Counted from the whole stretch's first letter, positions 25,521 through 37,596 are shown. The stretch is 63,828 nucleotides of DNA, filler included, from Octopus bimaculoides (GCF_001194135.2; 4 parts of 4 records of this genome joined end to end with filler, not necessarily neighbours in it); one strand, 5' to 3'. The notes: generated by a model not told the origin, from the letters alone. Numbers and translations: made by a program.

Positions 25521-25804
25521 GGAGGCTATGGCTTCGGTTCCCGCAACGAGGAGGGAACCAGACTGCTGGAGTTCTGTGATGCAACCAATCTTATGGTCTG
25601 CAATACCAACTTCAGGAAACCTGCCAGTCACCTAGTCACCTACCGCTCCGGCAGACACTCTAGCCAAATCGACTACATCCTCGCCAGAAATAGGGAAAGA
25701 GGGCGGCTTATAAATGCCAAAACCTACCCTGGCGAAGAATGTACCCCACAACATAGATTAGTAGTTAGCGACTTTGGGATCAAGGCAAAATGGGTGCCCA
25801 GAAT
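25521..25804 (+). mobile_element. RTE LINE APE endonuclease fragment (uninterrupted frame, cut by a gap)
   Basis: GGYGFGSRNEEGTRLLEFCDATNLMVCNTNFRKPASHLVTYRSG..SQIDYIL..GEECTPQHRLVVSDF. Confidence 0.92.
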
Positions 25805-25904
25805 NNNNNNNNNNNNNNNNNNNNNNNNNNNNNNNNNNNNNNNNNNNNTTAATTAATTAANNNNNNNNNNNNNNNNNNNNNNNNNNNNNNNNNNNNNNNN
25901 NNNN
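25805..25904. other. 100-nt unknown-size gap placeholder N44-TTAATTAATTAA-N44 (also 56489-56588 and 61770-61869)
   Basis: Identical layout three times; TTAATTAATTAA has stops in all six frames, so it is an assembly linker. Confidence 0.93.
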
Positions 25905-26320
25905 CACCGATGGCTGTCCCCTCGTCCTGGGCGTATAATTTGTTGTTAAATTTAAATGTGTGGCCTTTTAGGGTAACCTTTATACTAGCTCCTAGTGCAT
26001 GTGCGATCATTTTCTTTACCTGATGGATATTAGTGGGGGTCCGTATGGCTCTGGTCCATCCACTCCATCTCTCTATAGGGGTCTTCCTAGCCATAGATGT
26101 AATTGTGGGTGGTCTGCCTCTTAAACGTCTACTAGGGCAGAAATCTCTAAGGTCGTATCTATCTAGATATACATCGTCATATGTCAATCTAAGTAGGACG
26201 CCCAGTTCTTCTGTGTTGACCTTGTGGAACTCTACTTCGCTCTCATTGATCATCTCCACGCACTTTTCCACTGCAAAATCCAAGTCGATAGATGGGTATA
26301 GTGATACCACATCCATGCTA
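25905..26320 (-). mobile_element. Penelope-like element reverse transcriptase fragment, uninterrupted
   Basis: SMDVVSLYPSI (motif A) and FKFNNKLYAQDEGTAIG (motif B); cut by a gap. Confidence 0.85.
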
Positions 26321-27082
26321 CCCATTATTATTATTATACCCATTATTATACCCATTATTATTATTATTATTGTTATGGAATAACTATATTTTCAAAACGT
26401 TTGGAACTGAAATATACATATATCATTTATTTGAAGATAGCTGTTGAGAAGACTGAAAATAATTAGTAGTTACCTAACCTAATTTTGATTAAAAACATTT
26501 TCAGTCGCTACAATAGCGTCATACCAAGGAAATTGTCTATTCATAGAGAATGTATATCATGAATGAATGGAATTAACAAGATGAAATAACAGTATATAAT
26601 ATGACAGAGTCTTGATTTTTATATATTTTTTTTTATATGCATTGATTTATCAACGATATCCTCACCAACTATTTTTGGTGTTCATAAAAATTCAATGGTT
26701 CACTGCAGCTTTGAAGAAATATATGATAGCAGGAAATGCTATCTAATGTGTAGGCTTGAATACCCAAAGCATGTAGAGAACAAGTTGCAGAAGTGAAGTG
26801 TCCGATCCTTGTCCATCGTTGTTTTCCTAAGTGTGATATGAGTAATCCTAAAATTTATGAGGTGGAATTCATATGCATGTCACAGAGTATTGGCGTTGCA
26901 ACAACTTATTGCTTGTAATGTGAACTGTTAAATCTACCTTTCTGTCAATGTATCCAAGTTTGTTCTCTGGACGGAAGGTATAGAATTGAATGTCCTTGTA
27001 GACTGGAAATACCTGAAGGACAATTGCAGGCAGTCGGTGAATTCCAGAAGATATTCACTGAGCGACGGATTGAGTAGGTAAA

Positions 27083-27243
27083 GTACTCTATTTACTCTTT
27101 TACTCGTTTCAGTCATTTGACTGCGACCATGCTGGAGCACTGCCTTTAGTCGAGCAAATCGACCCCAGGACTTATTCTTTGTAAAAGAGACTTATTCTAT
27201 CAGTCTCTTTTGTTGTCAAGCAATGCTAGGGGGACAAACACAG

Positions 27244-27292
<49 letters not shown>

Positions 27293-27456
27293 CGACGGAC
27301 TTCTTTCAGTTTCCGTCTACCAAATCCACTCACAAGGCTTTGGTTGGCCCGAGGCTATAGTAGAAGACACTTGCCCAAGATGCCACGCAGTGGGACTGAA
27401 CCCGGAACCATGTGGTTGGTAAGCTAGCTACTTACCACACAGCCACTCCTGCGCCT
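27083..27456 (-). mobile_element. SINE family A, internally deleted
   Basis: Reverse complement of the family A head and tail. Confidence 0.85.
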
Positions 27457-27789
27457 GTGTTTGTGGTTATGACATGAATAAAAATGAAAAAGAGAGATGT
27501 GACTGAGCAGAAAGGGACTGGGAGTATGTTTTACATAGTTGATTACTTCACAGGACTAGAAGCATCTGTTGTAGAAAACATGAAGAAACTGTAGTATTAT
27601 TATGTTAGTGAGCGAGTCTTAGCTAATCATTTGAAGGGTCTTGGTATATGGATGGTGTTATAATGATGGGGTTACAGAAGCAGCCACACTATCCTACATA
27701 TGTGAGCAATACTCCAATGCAGGCTTCACATCAACTCTCTCTCCCCACCACCCCACATAACCAAATTATCCCTCCATCCATCCATCTTC

Positions 27790-28130
27790 TCTGCCCACTA
27801 TTCTTAGGAAGGTCAAAGGGTGAGTTCTCAGTCACTCCTCCATAGGGTCTTATCAGAAGCAACAATCATTAGATTTTCCAACTGGATTCTCATGCATGGA
27901 TCAAATGAGACTACAGATATTATCCAACCATCTCGTCCTTAGTCCTCTCTAGGTTTTTTGCAGGTTGGCTCAGCTTGAAGAATGTCTTGCGATTCTTTCC
28001 AGCAATATTCTAATCAGATCCGTGGTGTGTGACCTCTGAACTTTCAATGTAGGAAACATCAGCTCAACCTGAATCTAATCCTTGATCTCTGAACTACGCA
28101 CCCCATCGTTACTCCAGAGATTCTTCACAA
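27790..28130 (-). mobile_element. RTE LINE C-terminal fragment
   Basis: Degenerate RPRTRWLDNI and DKTLWR motifs on the minus strand. Confidence 0.65.
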
Positions 28131-28138
28131 GTATCCTA

Positions 28139-28350
28139 CAGGGTGTCCACAAAGTCTGGGTACATGGGGATTAACACATACTTTAAGAAATAATAATTTC
28201 TTATATTTAATTGTTTATGTTATGATTTTATTTACTCCATGTACCCACATGGGGATTAGCACATACTTTAAGAAATTATTATTTCTTATATTTAATTGTT
28301 TATGTAATGATTTTATTTACTCCATGTACCCAGACTTTGTGGACACCCTG
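28139..28350. mobile_element. Tc1/mariner-type MITE, 212 bp
   Basis: Perfect 29-bp TIR CAGGGTGTCCACAAAGTCTGGGTACATGG, TA on both sides, internal 85-bp tandem duplication. Confidence 0.92.
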
Positions 28351-29531
28351 TATTTCAGTCACTTGTATTCCTGATCATGATCTTTTAGTCATTACTGAAC
28401 GTTCATGACTATAGGAGGATAGATATGTAAACCAAATTGAAGATGGCAACTTTGGCTTTTTTTTTTCTTCTTACTAACCTGCCATTTTAGCCTGCTGCTT
28501 CCCATCACTCGTATATACAGCTCCAGAATTCTGATTTACCTCAGTGATATTCCACTAACATGCAGAATGCACTGAAAAAACTTTTTTGTTGGTTTGTTTT
28601 AGTTCTTTAACTATTTGCAGTCCTTTGTCTTATGTTGTAGTCCTTGCAGTTCATTCCTGTCTTACCTTTGCCCTTTTCCTTTCTATGATTGCATTTATCC
28701 ATCTAAGATCTCTTTTGATCTGTTCATTTTGGTTCTCATGTGACAGACTAGTATCCAGCCACCAGAGACCCTGGGTAGAGTTTGATCAACATCTTCTAAA
28801 TGAAATTTGACATGATCTGAATTAAGTTTTCTCACAAATGATTTATTTTTAAAGCATTATCTGTGGCACACATCACCTATTTGCATTTGAGCATGCACAC
28901 AGTGAAATACCAGTGGAGGAAGTTATTGAATAGCAATCTTATACATAGCCAACCCACCCACATTATAACACACACTCAGATCATGAGTAGAGTAGTATGT
29001 AATCAGGTTCATCAGTCATCTCAAACTATGTATTGACAAGGAGAGAAAACTTTATAAAATATTTCGATATATACTGAACCATAACACTATACATTTATTA
29101 CAAAGGTTTTCATTTCAAACACAAAGCCTTAAATTGTTATTTTACTTGTTCCAGGCATTAGACTACAGTTATGCAGGGGACACTACCTTGAAGGGTTTTA
29201 TGAAACAAATCAAACCCAGTTCCTTTTTTAATTTTCTGTTTCCGTAATGCTGCTTCAGTTAGGTTTCAAGTTTATTAAGATTAAGCTCATTTTCTGAAAT
29301 CAACAGATTTGAGTGAGTTGGTACAAGTAACTGAAGATATAGGTGAATTCAGTTATTCATTCAGATCCTCAGTGTTTTATGTAATATTTTGTAATTTTGT
29401 CAAACCACCAAGTTATTTTAGGAATATAAGCTAACATACACTGATTGTTAAGCAAACACATTTTAAGAACAAAAAACAGAAAAATTTATATTTCATTACA
29501 AATGTTACATTATGTAAATACATGGAAAAAT

Positions 29532-29905
29532 TGCTGTAGTTGGCACTCCGTCACTTACGACGTTGAGGGTTCCAGTTGATCCGATCAACGGAACAGCCTG
29601 CTCGTGAAATTAACGTGCAAGTGGCTGAGCACTCCACAGACACGTGTACCCTTAACGTAGTTCTCGGGGATAGTCAGCGTGACACAGTGTGACAAGGCTG
29701 ACCCTTTGAATTACAGGCACAACAGAACCAGGAAGTAAGAGTGAGAGAAAGTTGTGGTGGAAGAGTACAGCAGGGTTTGCCACCATCCCCTGCCGGAGCC
29801 TCGTGGAGCTTTAGGTGTTTTCACTCAATAAACACTCACACTGTCCGGTCTGAGAATCGAAACCGCTAGTCCGCTGCCCTAACCAATGGGCCATTGTGCC
29901 TCCAC
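29532..29905 (-). mobile_element. SINE family D with a 13-bp target-site duplication
   Basis: TACATGGAAAAAT at 29519-29531 and 29906-29918. Confidence 0.9.
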
Positions 29906-29907
29906 TA

Positions 29908-30393
29908 CATGGAAAAATGCGAGCATGAAAAGTAATATTCTTGAGATTATAAACCTGGAAAAAGTACAGGACAAGTTATTACGCCTGTAAAAGTATAGGA
30001 CAAACTCTTACTTAAAGTAAAGTAAAGAATAAGAAACTTAATGCCAGTTCTTCTAATTTATCACTCTTTACAGTTCTCATCTTTCAAATTTATTGTATAA
30101 AACTGTTCAGCTAATTTGTAAGTTTGTCTAATTAGTCACTTTTTTCTGTATTTAATGTAGTAAATTAGCCAAATTCTACTTAAATAAGTATAGTGTTATT
30201 TGTAAACTATAATAAAATATTTTTTAACATTCAAATTTTAATTTTAGCTGCAATATTTTAAGTAAAAAGTTTCTTATTACTTTACTTGAAGTAATAATTT
30301 GTCCTATACTTTTACAGGTGTAATATCTTGTACTGTACTTTTCCAGGTTTACAATCTTAAGAATATTACTTTTCATCCTCACATTTTTCCATG
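29908..30393. mobile_element. Foldback/MITE with ~130-bp imperfect terminal inverted repeats
   Basis: catggaaaaatgcgagcatgaaaagtaatattctt...gtataggacaaa...aataagaaactt mirrored at ~30265-30393. Confidence 0.85.
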
Positions 30394-31615
30394 CAATCCA
30401 TGATTTTTCCAGGCATTGCTGTTATAAGATAATTAATAATGTGTCAATTAATAATTTAGGATTTTACCTTATAAAATACTGGGTAGGGGGATATATTGGC
30501 TGCTATTTTTAGCGTGTTGAGCGACCAGGTAGAGGCTCTTTCATTGGTTTGATTGCGTGATGAGATTTTTTTACACATATATGTATAATATGCATATATA
30601 TCATCGACAGAAGTTAGAGAGTAAGACAAAACCTGAGAGCTTCATGTACTGGCATTTATTAAACACAAATTTGTCCATTGTCACTCTGTAACTTGTGACG
30701 AAATAACTTCTAAAATACAAAATTTTGTCAAGAACATTAAGAGTAAATCCTGTTGTATGTGACACATTGTACCAGTATTGAAAGTTTCAAGGTGTTTAGT
30801 TTAAAAAATTAATTAAATAATCTGTACGTCAAATTGAATAGATCCGAAATGGATAAAAAGCAAAGTCGACCTCGGCAGAATTTGAACTCAAAACATAAAC
30901 ACAAGTGGAATACCATTAAGGATTTCACCCAGCACACTAACGTTTCTGCTAGCTCACCACCTTAGAACATAAGCATTCATTTTAGCAATTTATTCTTTAA
31001 TATTCTTATTGATAAGCATTACTTCTTTACTCTCTTACTGACACAATATTTCGTGGTATTTCACCCATAACTTTTCTAATAATTTTTGTTCAGTGCAACT
31101 AACAACTCTGAACTCCTCATACATTTTGCTATCATTTAAGCCTAATCAAAGTATACTTTCATTTTAAAATTAAAAGGTTTATGTTCATTTAAGGTGAATA
31201 GGTGCCTTACTGCCCCCCATTGAGGTCACAGATATTTTGATGTCAACTTTTTTTTCTACTGAACCAAATCTCAAACTATTTATGCCAAAATGTAGCTGAG
31301 GAGGTGTCCTCTTTAAAACTGTTAACAGTTTGTAATTTAGTTGAGAACTGAATTAGTGGTGAAGTTTGGAAGCTGCTGTGATTGACGAAATGGTGGACTT
31401 AGGAATATAATCCACCACCACCGTGGTTGAATGAGATATATATATATACATTAGACTCCACATGACCCAACGGGTCATGGGTAAAGTCTGAGTTTCCCAG
31501 CAACGGAGCTTTGTTTTTTTTTGTGGGGGGGAGGTACTTTTCCATGTTATTTTGCATGCTTTCAACAAATGTGACATCGGAATCACGTGTAAACGACACC
31601 TTTCTCCAGAAAAGA

Positions 31616-31734
31616 AAAGATTTGGCTGTTATTACTTGCATGCCCTGCTACCACGTAACAGGTATTTCGAGTCCTTTATCACAAATAGCTGTTACGTGGT
31701 AGCAGAGCGTGCAAGAAATAGCAGCCAAATCTTT
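31616..31734. repeat. Hairpin: 51-bp stem (46/51 Watson-Crick) with a 17-nt loop
   Basis: 31616-31666 pairs with 31684-31734. Confidence 0.92.
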
Positions 31735-32021
31735 GTAGCTGAAATACATTGAATGCACTCCAAAAAAGTTTTGTAATGGTATTCCCTTGAAGTGATCTTT
31801 CGCTTTTACTCTCAGAACTGTCATCCAGTTCAACTGGTTTTGTTTGTTAATTTCAGTAAAAAATTTTCATTTATTTACTTTTGTTCTAAAGTGAAAGTGA
31901 AAGATATATGAACGTGAATATGAAATGGACATGTGTGTATGTGTGTGTGAGAAAGAGAGAGAGAGTGCCACTTACACATGAGAACACACATGCACACTTA
32001 CATACAAAAAAGATGTACGCA

Positions 32022-32540
32022 TAGGCGCAGGAGTGGCTGTGTGGTAAGTAGCTTGCTTACCAACCACATGATTCCAGGTTCAGTCCCACTGCGTGGCATC
32101 TTGGGCAAGTGTCTTCTACTATAGCCTCGGGCCAACCAAAGCCTTGTGAGTGGATTTGGTAGACGGAAACTGAAAGAAGCCCGTTGTATATATGTATATA
32201 TATATATATNNNNNNNNNNNNNNNNNNNNNNNNNNNNNNNNNNNNNNNNNNNNNNNNNNNNNNNNNNNNNNNNNNNNNNNNNNNNNNNNNNNNNNNNNNN
32301 NNNNNNNNNNNNNNNNNNNNNNNNNNNNNNNNNNNNNNTATATATGTGTGTTTGTCCACCCCACCATCGCTTGACAACCGATGCTGATGTGTTTACGTCC
32401 CCATAACTTAGCGGTTCGGCAAAAAGAGACCGATGGAATAAGTACTAGGCTTCCAAAGAATAAGTCCTGGGGTCGATTTTCTCAACTAAAGGCGGTGCTT
32501 CAGCATGGCCGCAGTCAGATGACTGAAACAAGTAAAAAAG
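32022..32540 (+). mobile_element. SINE family A, full length, with an assembly gap inside its internal microsatellite
   Basis: Head GGCGCAGGAGTGGCTGTGTGGTAAG...GGTTCAGTCCC (A/B-box-like), then (AT)n, then the 3' module ending GACTGAAACAAGTAAAA. Confidence 0.88.
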
Positions 32541-33289
32541 AATATGTATTGATGTATGTGCATATACAGAACAACACACACCTCTCTCACATCCATTTCG
32601 TATACATGTACATACATCTTTCCCGTTAAAATGAAAGTAATTAAATAAATTCTAAATAAATGACTTGAAAATAATTAAAGAAAAAAAACATTAAAATATT
32701 GTCTATTCAAAGAAAGTTAAAATACCTACTGTAGAAACAACTTACATTTTTGAAATTACATTCAGTTAAAAATATTTCTAAATGATTAAAATATTGTGTA
32801 CGTCAAAAAGTTGGGTTTTTTGCTTATTTTCAGAGAGCGTGAAGACTGTGTGCATGTATATGTCACAAATAGCGGACATGTTTGTGTTGATTGACCTGCC
32901 ATGACATTCATTATATGTGTGTGGTTGTTCTGTATGTATATGTGTTGGCATCACGAGTTTGTGTTTACTCGTTTTCATTGATAAATAGAGGTCCAAATCT
33001 CACAAAAATTTGTACTGCACTGCTGGAGGTAAGTACGAAAATAAATATGCAAAAAAATTAAGATAAAATATACTATTTCTGAGATATTTTGGGTACACAC
33101 AGACATCTCTAGAGTTTTAGTATTATTAAGATACATATATTATCCGAAATGTATAATATTAAATATCAATCACAGCTGGTCTTACCAATCGGTTTCGTGT
33201 AAAGAATACAGGTGCATTACAATAAAGTGGTTTGCTAACTCTACTGGGATTGAAATGCAGACACAATACAAGTTATACAGTGAGCTAAC

Positions 33290-33328
<39 letters not shown>

Positions 33329-33861
33329 CAGACACACACACACACACACATGCACATAAATATATATATATATATATATATACAATGCACATATATATAA
33401 TTGCATACATAATGGAAATCCATTCACAAGGCTTTGGTTTGCCTAGGACCATAGTAAAAGACACTTTCCCCACAGTGCTGCGCTATGGGACTGAACCAAA
33501 AACCATGATTTCAAAGAGAATGCATAAACCATACAGCCATACCTGCACTTTAAAGTAACATTCACAAAAAGTAGACACTGACAATTCCATCCTAGCAAAA
33601 TCTAACTGAACAATGCATAATACTGTACTACTGATGTATATGTGGGGTACATATAAGCCTGCTAACCAATATTTTCCTGACATTTCACCATGAGTATGCC
33701 CCAACATGACAACATCCAACCATAGATAAATGATTTAATACATTCAAGAGAAAACCATCACTCAAATCATGTCCACCTGAAGAGTACTGTATTTAGTATG
33801 AAGCTTGTAATCACAGAAAAATAGTAATATCTACTATTTATATTCACTCTACACTGGTATA

Positions 33862-34236
33862 GTGGAGGCGCAATGGCCCAGTGGTTAGGGCAGCGGACTA
33901 GTGGTCATAGAATCGCAGCTTCGATTCCCAGACCGGGCGTTGTGAGTGTTTATTGAGTGAAAACACCTAAAGCTCCACGAGGCTCCAGCAGGAAATGGTG
34001 GCAAACCCTGCTGTACTCTTCCACCACAACTTTCTCTCACTCTTTCTTCCTGTTTCTGTTGTACGTGTAATTCAAAGGGTCAGCCTTGTCACACTGAATA
34101 TCCCCGAGAACTATGTTAAGGGTACACGTGTCTGTGGAGTGCTCAGCCACTTGCACGTTAATTTCATGAGCAGGCTGTTCCGTTAATCGGATCAACTGGA
34201 ACCCTCGACGTAATAAACGACGGAGTGCCAACAACA
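33862..34236 (+). mobile_element. tRNA-derived SINE family D
   Basis: Head GGAGGCGCAATGGCCCAGTGGTTAGGG...TTCGATTCCC, tail GGAGTGCCAACAACA; partial copy at 23366-23592. Confidence 0.88.
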
Positions 34237-36746
34237 TGGCATGCACTTTGCTGTGTCCCTGATTAATGCATCAAAAAACAAAACACACTTCACTTGTTAA
34301 TTACAAATCAAAAGTGGACTAGCTGGCTGTTAAATGATTTATTTTATAGCTACAAACTCCATGTGCTGTTGAGACTTGATACCTTTTACACTTTCATATT
34401 CTGACATTGAGTTTTCATCAGATTTTATTTTTCTTACTTAATGAAACCTACCTGTATGTAGCACAAGTGAATCCCCAAATCCACACATACATATATATAT
34501 ATATATGTATGTGTGTGTGTTTGTCCACCCCTTGACAACTGATGCTGGTGTGTTTACGTCCCCGTAACTTAGCGGTTCAGTAAAAAGAGACCGATAGAAT
34601 AAGTACTAGGCTTACAAAGAATAAGTCCTGGGGTCAATTTTCTTGACTAAAGGCGGTGCTCCAGCATGGCCGCAGTCAAATGACTGAAACAAGTAAAAGA
34701 GTAAAATTATATATATACAGACATGCCTCGCCCTACTTGTCTATGCGAAACTGATAGTAACCATTCCTAGTTCTGCATTTTCAATAATACATGGTAAATA
34801 AAAGCCTATTTTAAGCTTACAAACAAATAATTTTTATTTTTTAATAAAGTACAGCAAAAAAAAATAAAGTTACAAATACAATTTGGTGGTGTTTACTGTA
34901 CATCGCAAGACACTTTATAAGCTTAAGAAACAAATTCAGTTATTTTTATTATTTTGCTAGAGTAAAAAAAAAAAATTAATTATTTTAAATTTACCAATAT
35001 GCACATAGAATTTGGTAGTATACATCGCGGATGTAGATGGCTGTGGATTGCCAACATCAACAGCTGACTCTAGCTGTTCTTGTTCGATGCATTCACTAAG
35101 CTACACTACTTCATGGTGTGTATCTTAACATTTACTGTATGTATTTTAATATGATATTATGTGCTTTTATTCTTATTTATTGTACAGTGTCATGATTTTA
35201 TGTGCTTTTATCAGTTTTCCAGTGATATTTCAATTCCAATATTTGTGGAGGATAGACGTAAAGTTGAGTAAAATGACAACTTGATTTTTATTTTACCATT
35301 ATATTATTTTTGAAAACCAATGATCTAGAATGTATATATGTATGTATGTATGTATTTATGTATGTATGTATGTATGTATGTATGTATATATGTATCTCTA
35401 TATAATTATGTAGACATAAACTTCGTTAATCTACACTTAAACACAGACCAGGGCTCTTAACCGGCATCAACACTTAATTCCTTATTGATGGTGACATGGA
35501 GTTAATATAGTTTGGGCTGAATGTATTTAACTTTATAAAATCCTTCAAACCAGTGGTCCTTAACATCCACTTAGGAGATCATTATTATGACAGGGTGTTG
35601 GCAGAAAATGTTGAAATTATATTTTATTTACAGTTTCTTAATCTTCCAGGAATTTCACTTTGGTTTAAATAGCTGAATGTAGAAGAAAAATACTACCAGT
35701 AATATAATGGGTTTATATATTCAACAATACCCTTCACTAACCTTTCATTGTCAGATTTACTGCAGACTTCTTAGTTCTTTATTGCCCACAAGGGGCTAAA
35801 CATAGATGGGACAAACAAGGACAGACAAAGGGATTAAGTCGATTACATCGACCCCAGTGCGTAACAGGTACTTAATTTATTGACCCCGAAAGGATGAAAG
35901 GCTAAGTCGACCTCGGCGGAATTTGAACTCGGAACGTAAAGACAGACGAATGCCGCTGATCATTTCGCCCGACGTGCTAACGTTTCTTATTTTTTTATTG
36001 CCCACAAGGGGCTAAATATAGATGGGACAAACAAGGACAGACAAACGGATTAAGTCGATTATATCGANNNNNNNNNNGTCGGTCGGTCGGTCGGTCTGGA
36101 TGGATATTGTTTAGTTTGTTTTCTGTGCGCTAGTTAATGCAAATAGTTTGGTCACATTTTATCTTTGAGACTAACTCATCAGTAAAACATGATAATAATG
36201 GGGTCCAAATACCACCAACAGGTGACAGATTCCCACCATTGATCCTGCCACAAAATGTTTATAAATTATCAACAGGGACCCTGTGACATATGTAACTAAG
36301 GTCATGAGCACATATAAAACAGGGGTCCTGGAACACACTCTGGACAAAAGTTTCAAATGTCGTACTTTGGTGGCTATGAGCCAGGTAGAAATAGAGGAGA
36401 CAAAGGTATCAATGAAGAACAGTTACGTTTTACAAAAGAAAACTGTTGACAAAGAGTGTCCAGGTGAATATTTTATCAGATAAAACACAGCCAGCCACTA
36501 TTATAATTACTAGTTGATGTATACATATATGTATGTATATGTAGTGTAATATATGGATTTATACAATTGAGTTGCTATAACAGAAAACTCTTCTAGCGGA
36601 CCCAGCTTGCAGGCCACAAAGCAATTCAATAGAGGGGTATAATGCAGAGCTCCATGCAGATGAAATCCAGGAGATCCAAATGATGAGATTATTTCATGTT
36701 GAGTATGTAAATTATAAAAAGTCAAGAGGTTTGAGAGGTGAATATT

Positions 36747-36752
36747 TTTATT
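36747..36752 (-). promoter_or_regulatory. Candidate PGK polyadenylation signal AATAAA
   Basis: First minus-strand AATAAA I found after the stop codon (~505 nt downstream); weak evidence in AT-rich DNA. Confidence 0.3.
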
Positions 36753-37256
36753 TAACCACTTACCCTAAGGATGACAAGTGGATAAATAAATATATTCACT
36801 GACTGACTATGACACGTGAGCATGTGTGCCAATCAAATGTTTTAGTTAAGATTTTTTTAACATTATCTTCCTGAACTTAGTATGAGTCAAAGTCTTGCTA
36901 TGCTACTAGATTACCATACAGTACTACCGAATTGAGTTCTTCAGAGTATAAAGAACAAAACCCACTTTTTAAGTAGTTACGATTAGCTAAGTGAGCACGA
37001 AAAATGTTACAGCAACAATGAAATCAATATCTAAGTTGCATTAATACTAGGTAAATGAGGAAAACTATAGGAACATAGTCATATTAGGGAAATGGTTGTG
37101 TAAAAACGTATTGTTGGCTTAAGTATGGAATAAACAACAAACGCAATTGATTATCGAGAGTACATTAGTTATTTCATATAATTTACATAATATTAATAAA
37201 AACAGCTGTTAAAATTTCTTCCGATTATACAACAGTTTCAAACATAGTAAAACTGG

Positions 37257-37297
37257 CTATGCAGTGCTCAAAGCAGCAACACCTGGAAGCACTCTCC
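37257..37297 (-). CDS. PGK: PGK last coding exon, 41 nt: (G)RVLPGVAALSTA-stop
   Basis: ttccttttttcag|GGAGA...GCA TAG; matches KVLPGVDALSNI. Confidence 0.96.
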
Positions 37298-37381
37298 CTG
37301 AAAAAAGGAAAAGACAAGTATTTCATTACAAAATTACACTTACTGCAAATTTGGTTGTGGCAGTAAATCTTTTTCATTTAA

Positions 37382-37596
37382 CCCTTTAGCATTCAGATTA
37401 CTCTGTCAAATGAAATGCTTCTTTATCTCCATTTGTTTTGTATTAATTATGCATTATCTTGTAGCTTCAAGATTTCTGATGGGATTGTTTATCTTTAGAA
37501 TGACATTGTAAGGTGTGAGGGTATGAATCTGGCTGGCCTGAACATAAAACATGTAGAATATTTGGGCCAGATATGGCCAGTTTAAATACTAATAGG
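37382..37596. mobile_element. piggyBac-type MITE in the last PGK intron
   Basis: TTAA|CCCTTTAGCATT ... AATACTAATAGG|TTAA. Confidence 0.65.

Noticed and set aside
25849-25860. TTAATTAATTAA palindrome occurring three times between N runs
   Set aside because: Artificial six-frame-stop gap linker, not biology.
26760-27080. Cys-rich short frames left of a SINE
   Set aside because: Stops in all frames and no motif I can name; unassigned.
31399-31641. 80-aa minus-strand ORF as TFCP2 exon 1
   Set aside because: No similarity to LSF N-termini, no good donor, and it runs into (AT)n.
33862-33940. tRNA-like heads of SINE families A, C and D as tRNA genes
   Set aside because: They run directly into SINE bodies, lack a closing acceptor stem and vary between copies.
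35659-35673. Minus-strand SYLNQ match to the missing TFCP2 exon end
   Set aside because: No upstream similarity and wrong phase for the donor; chance match.
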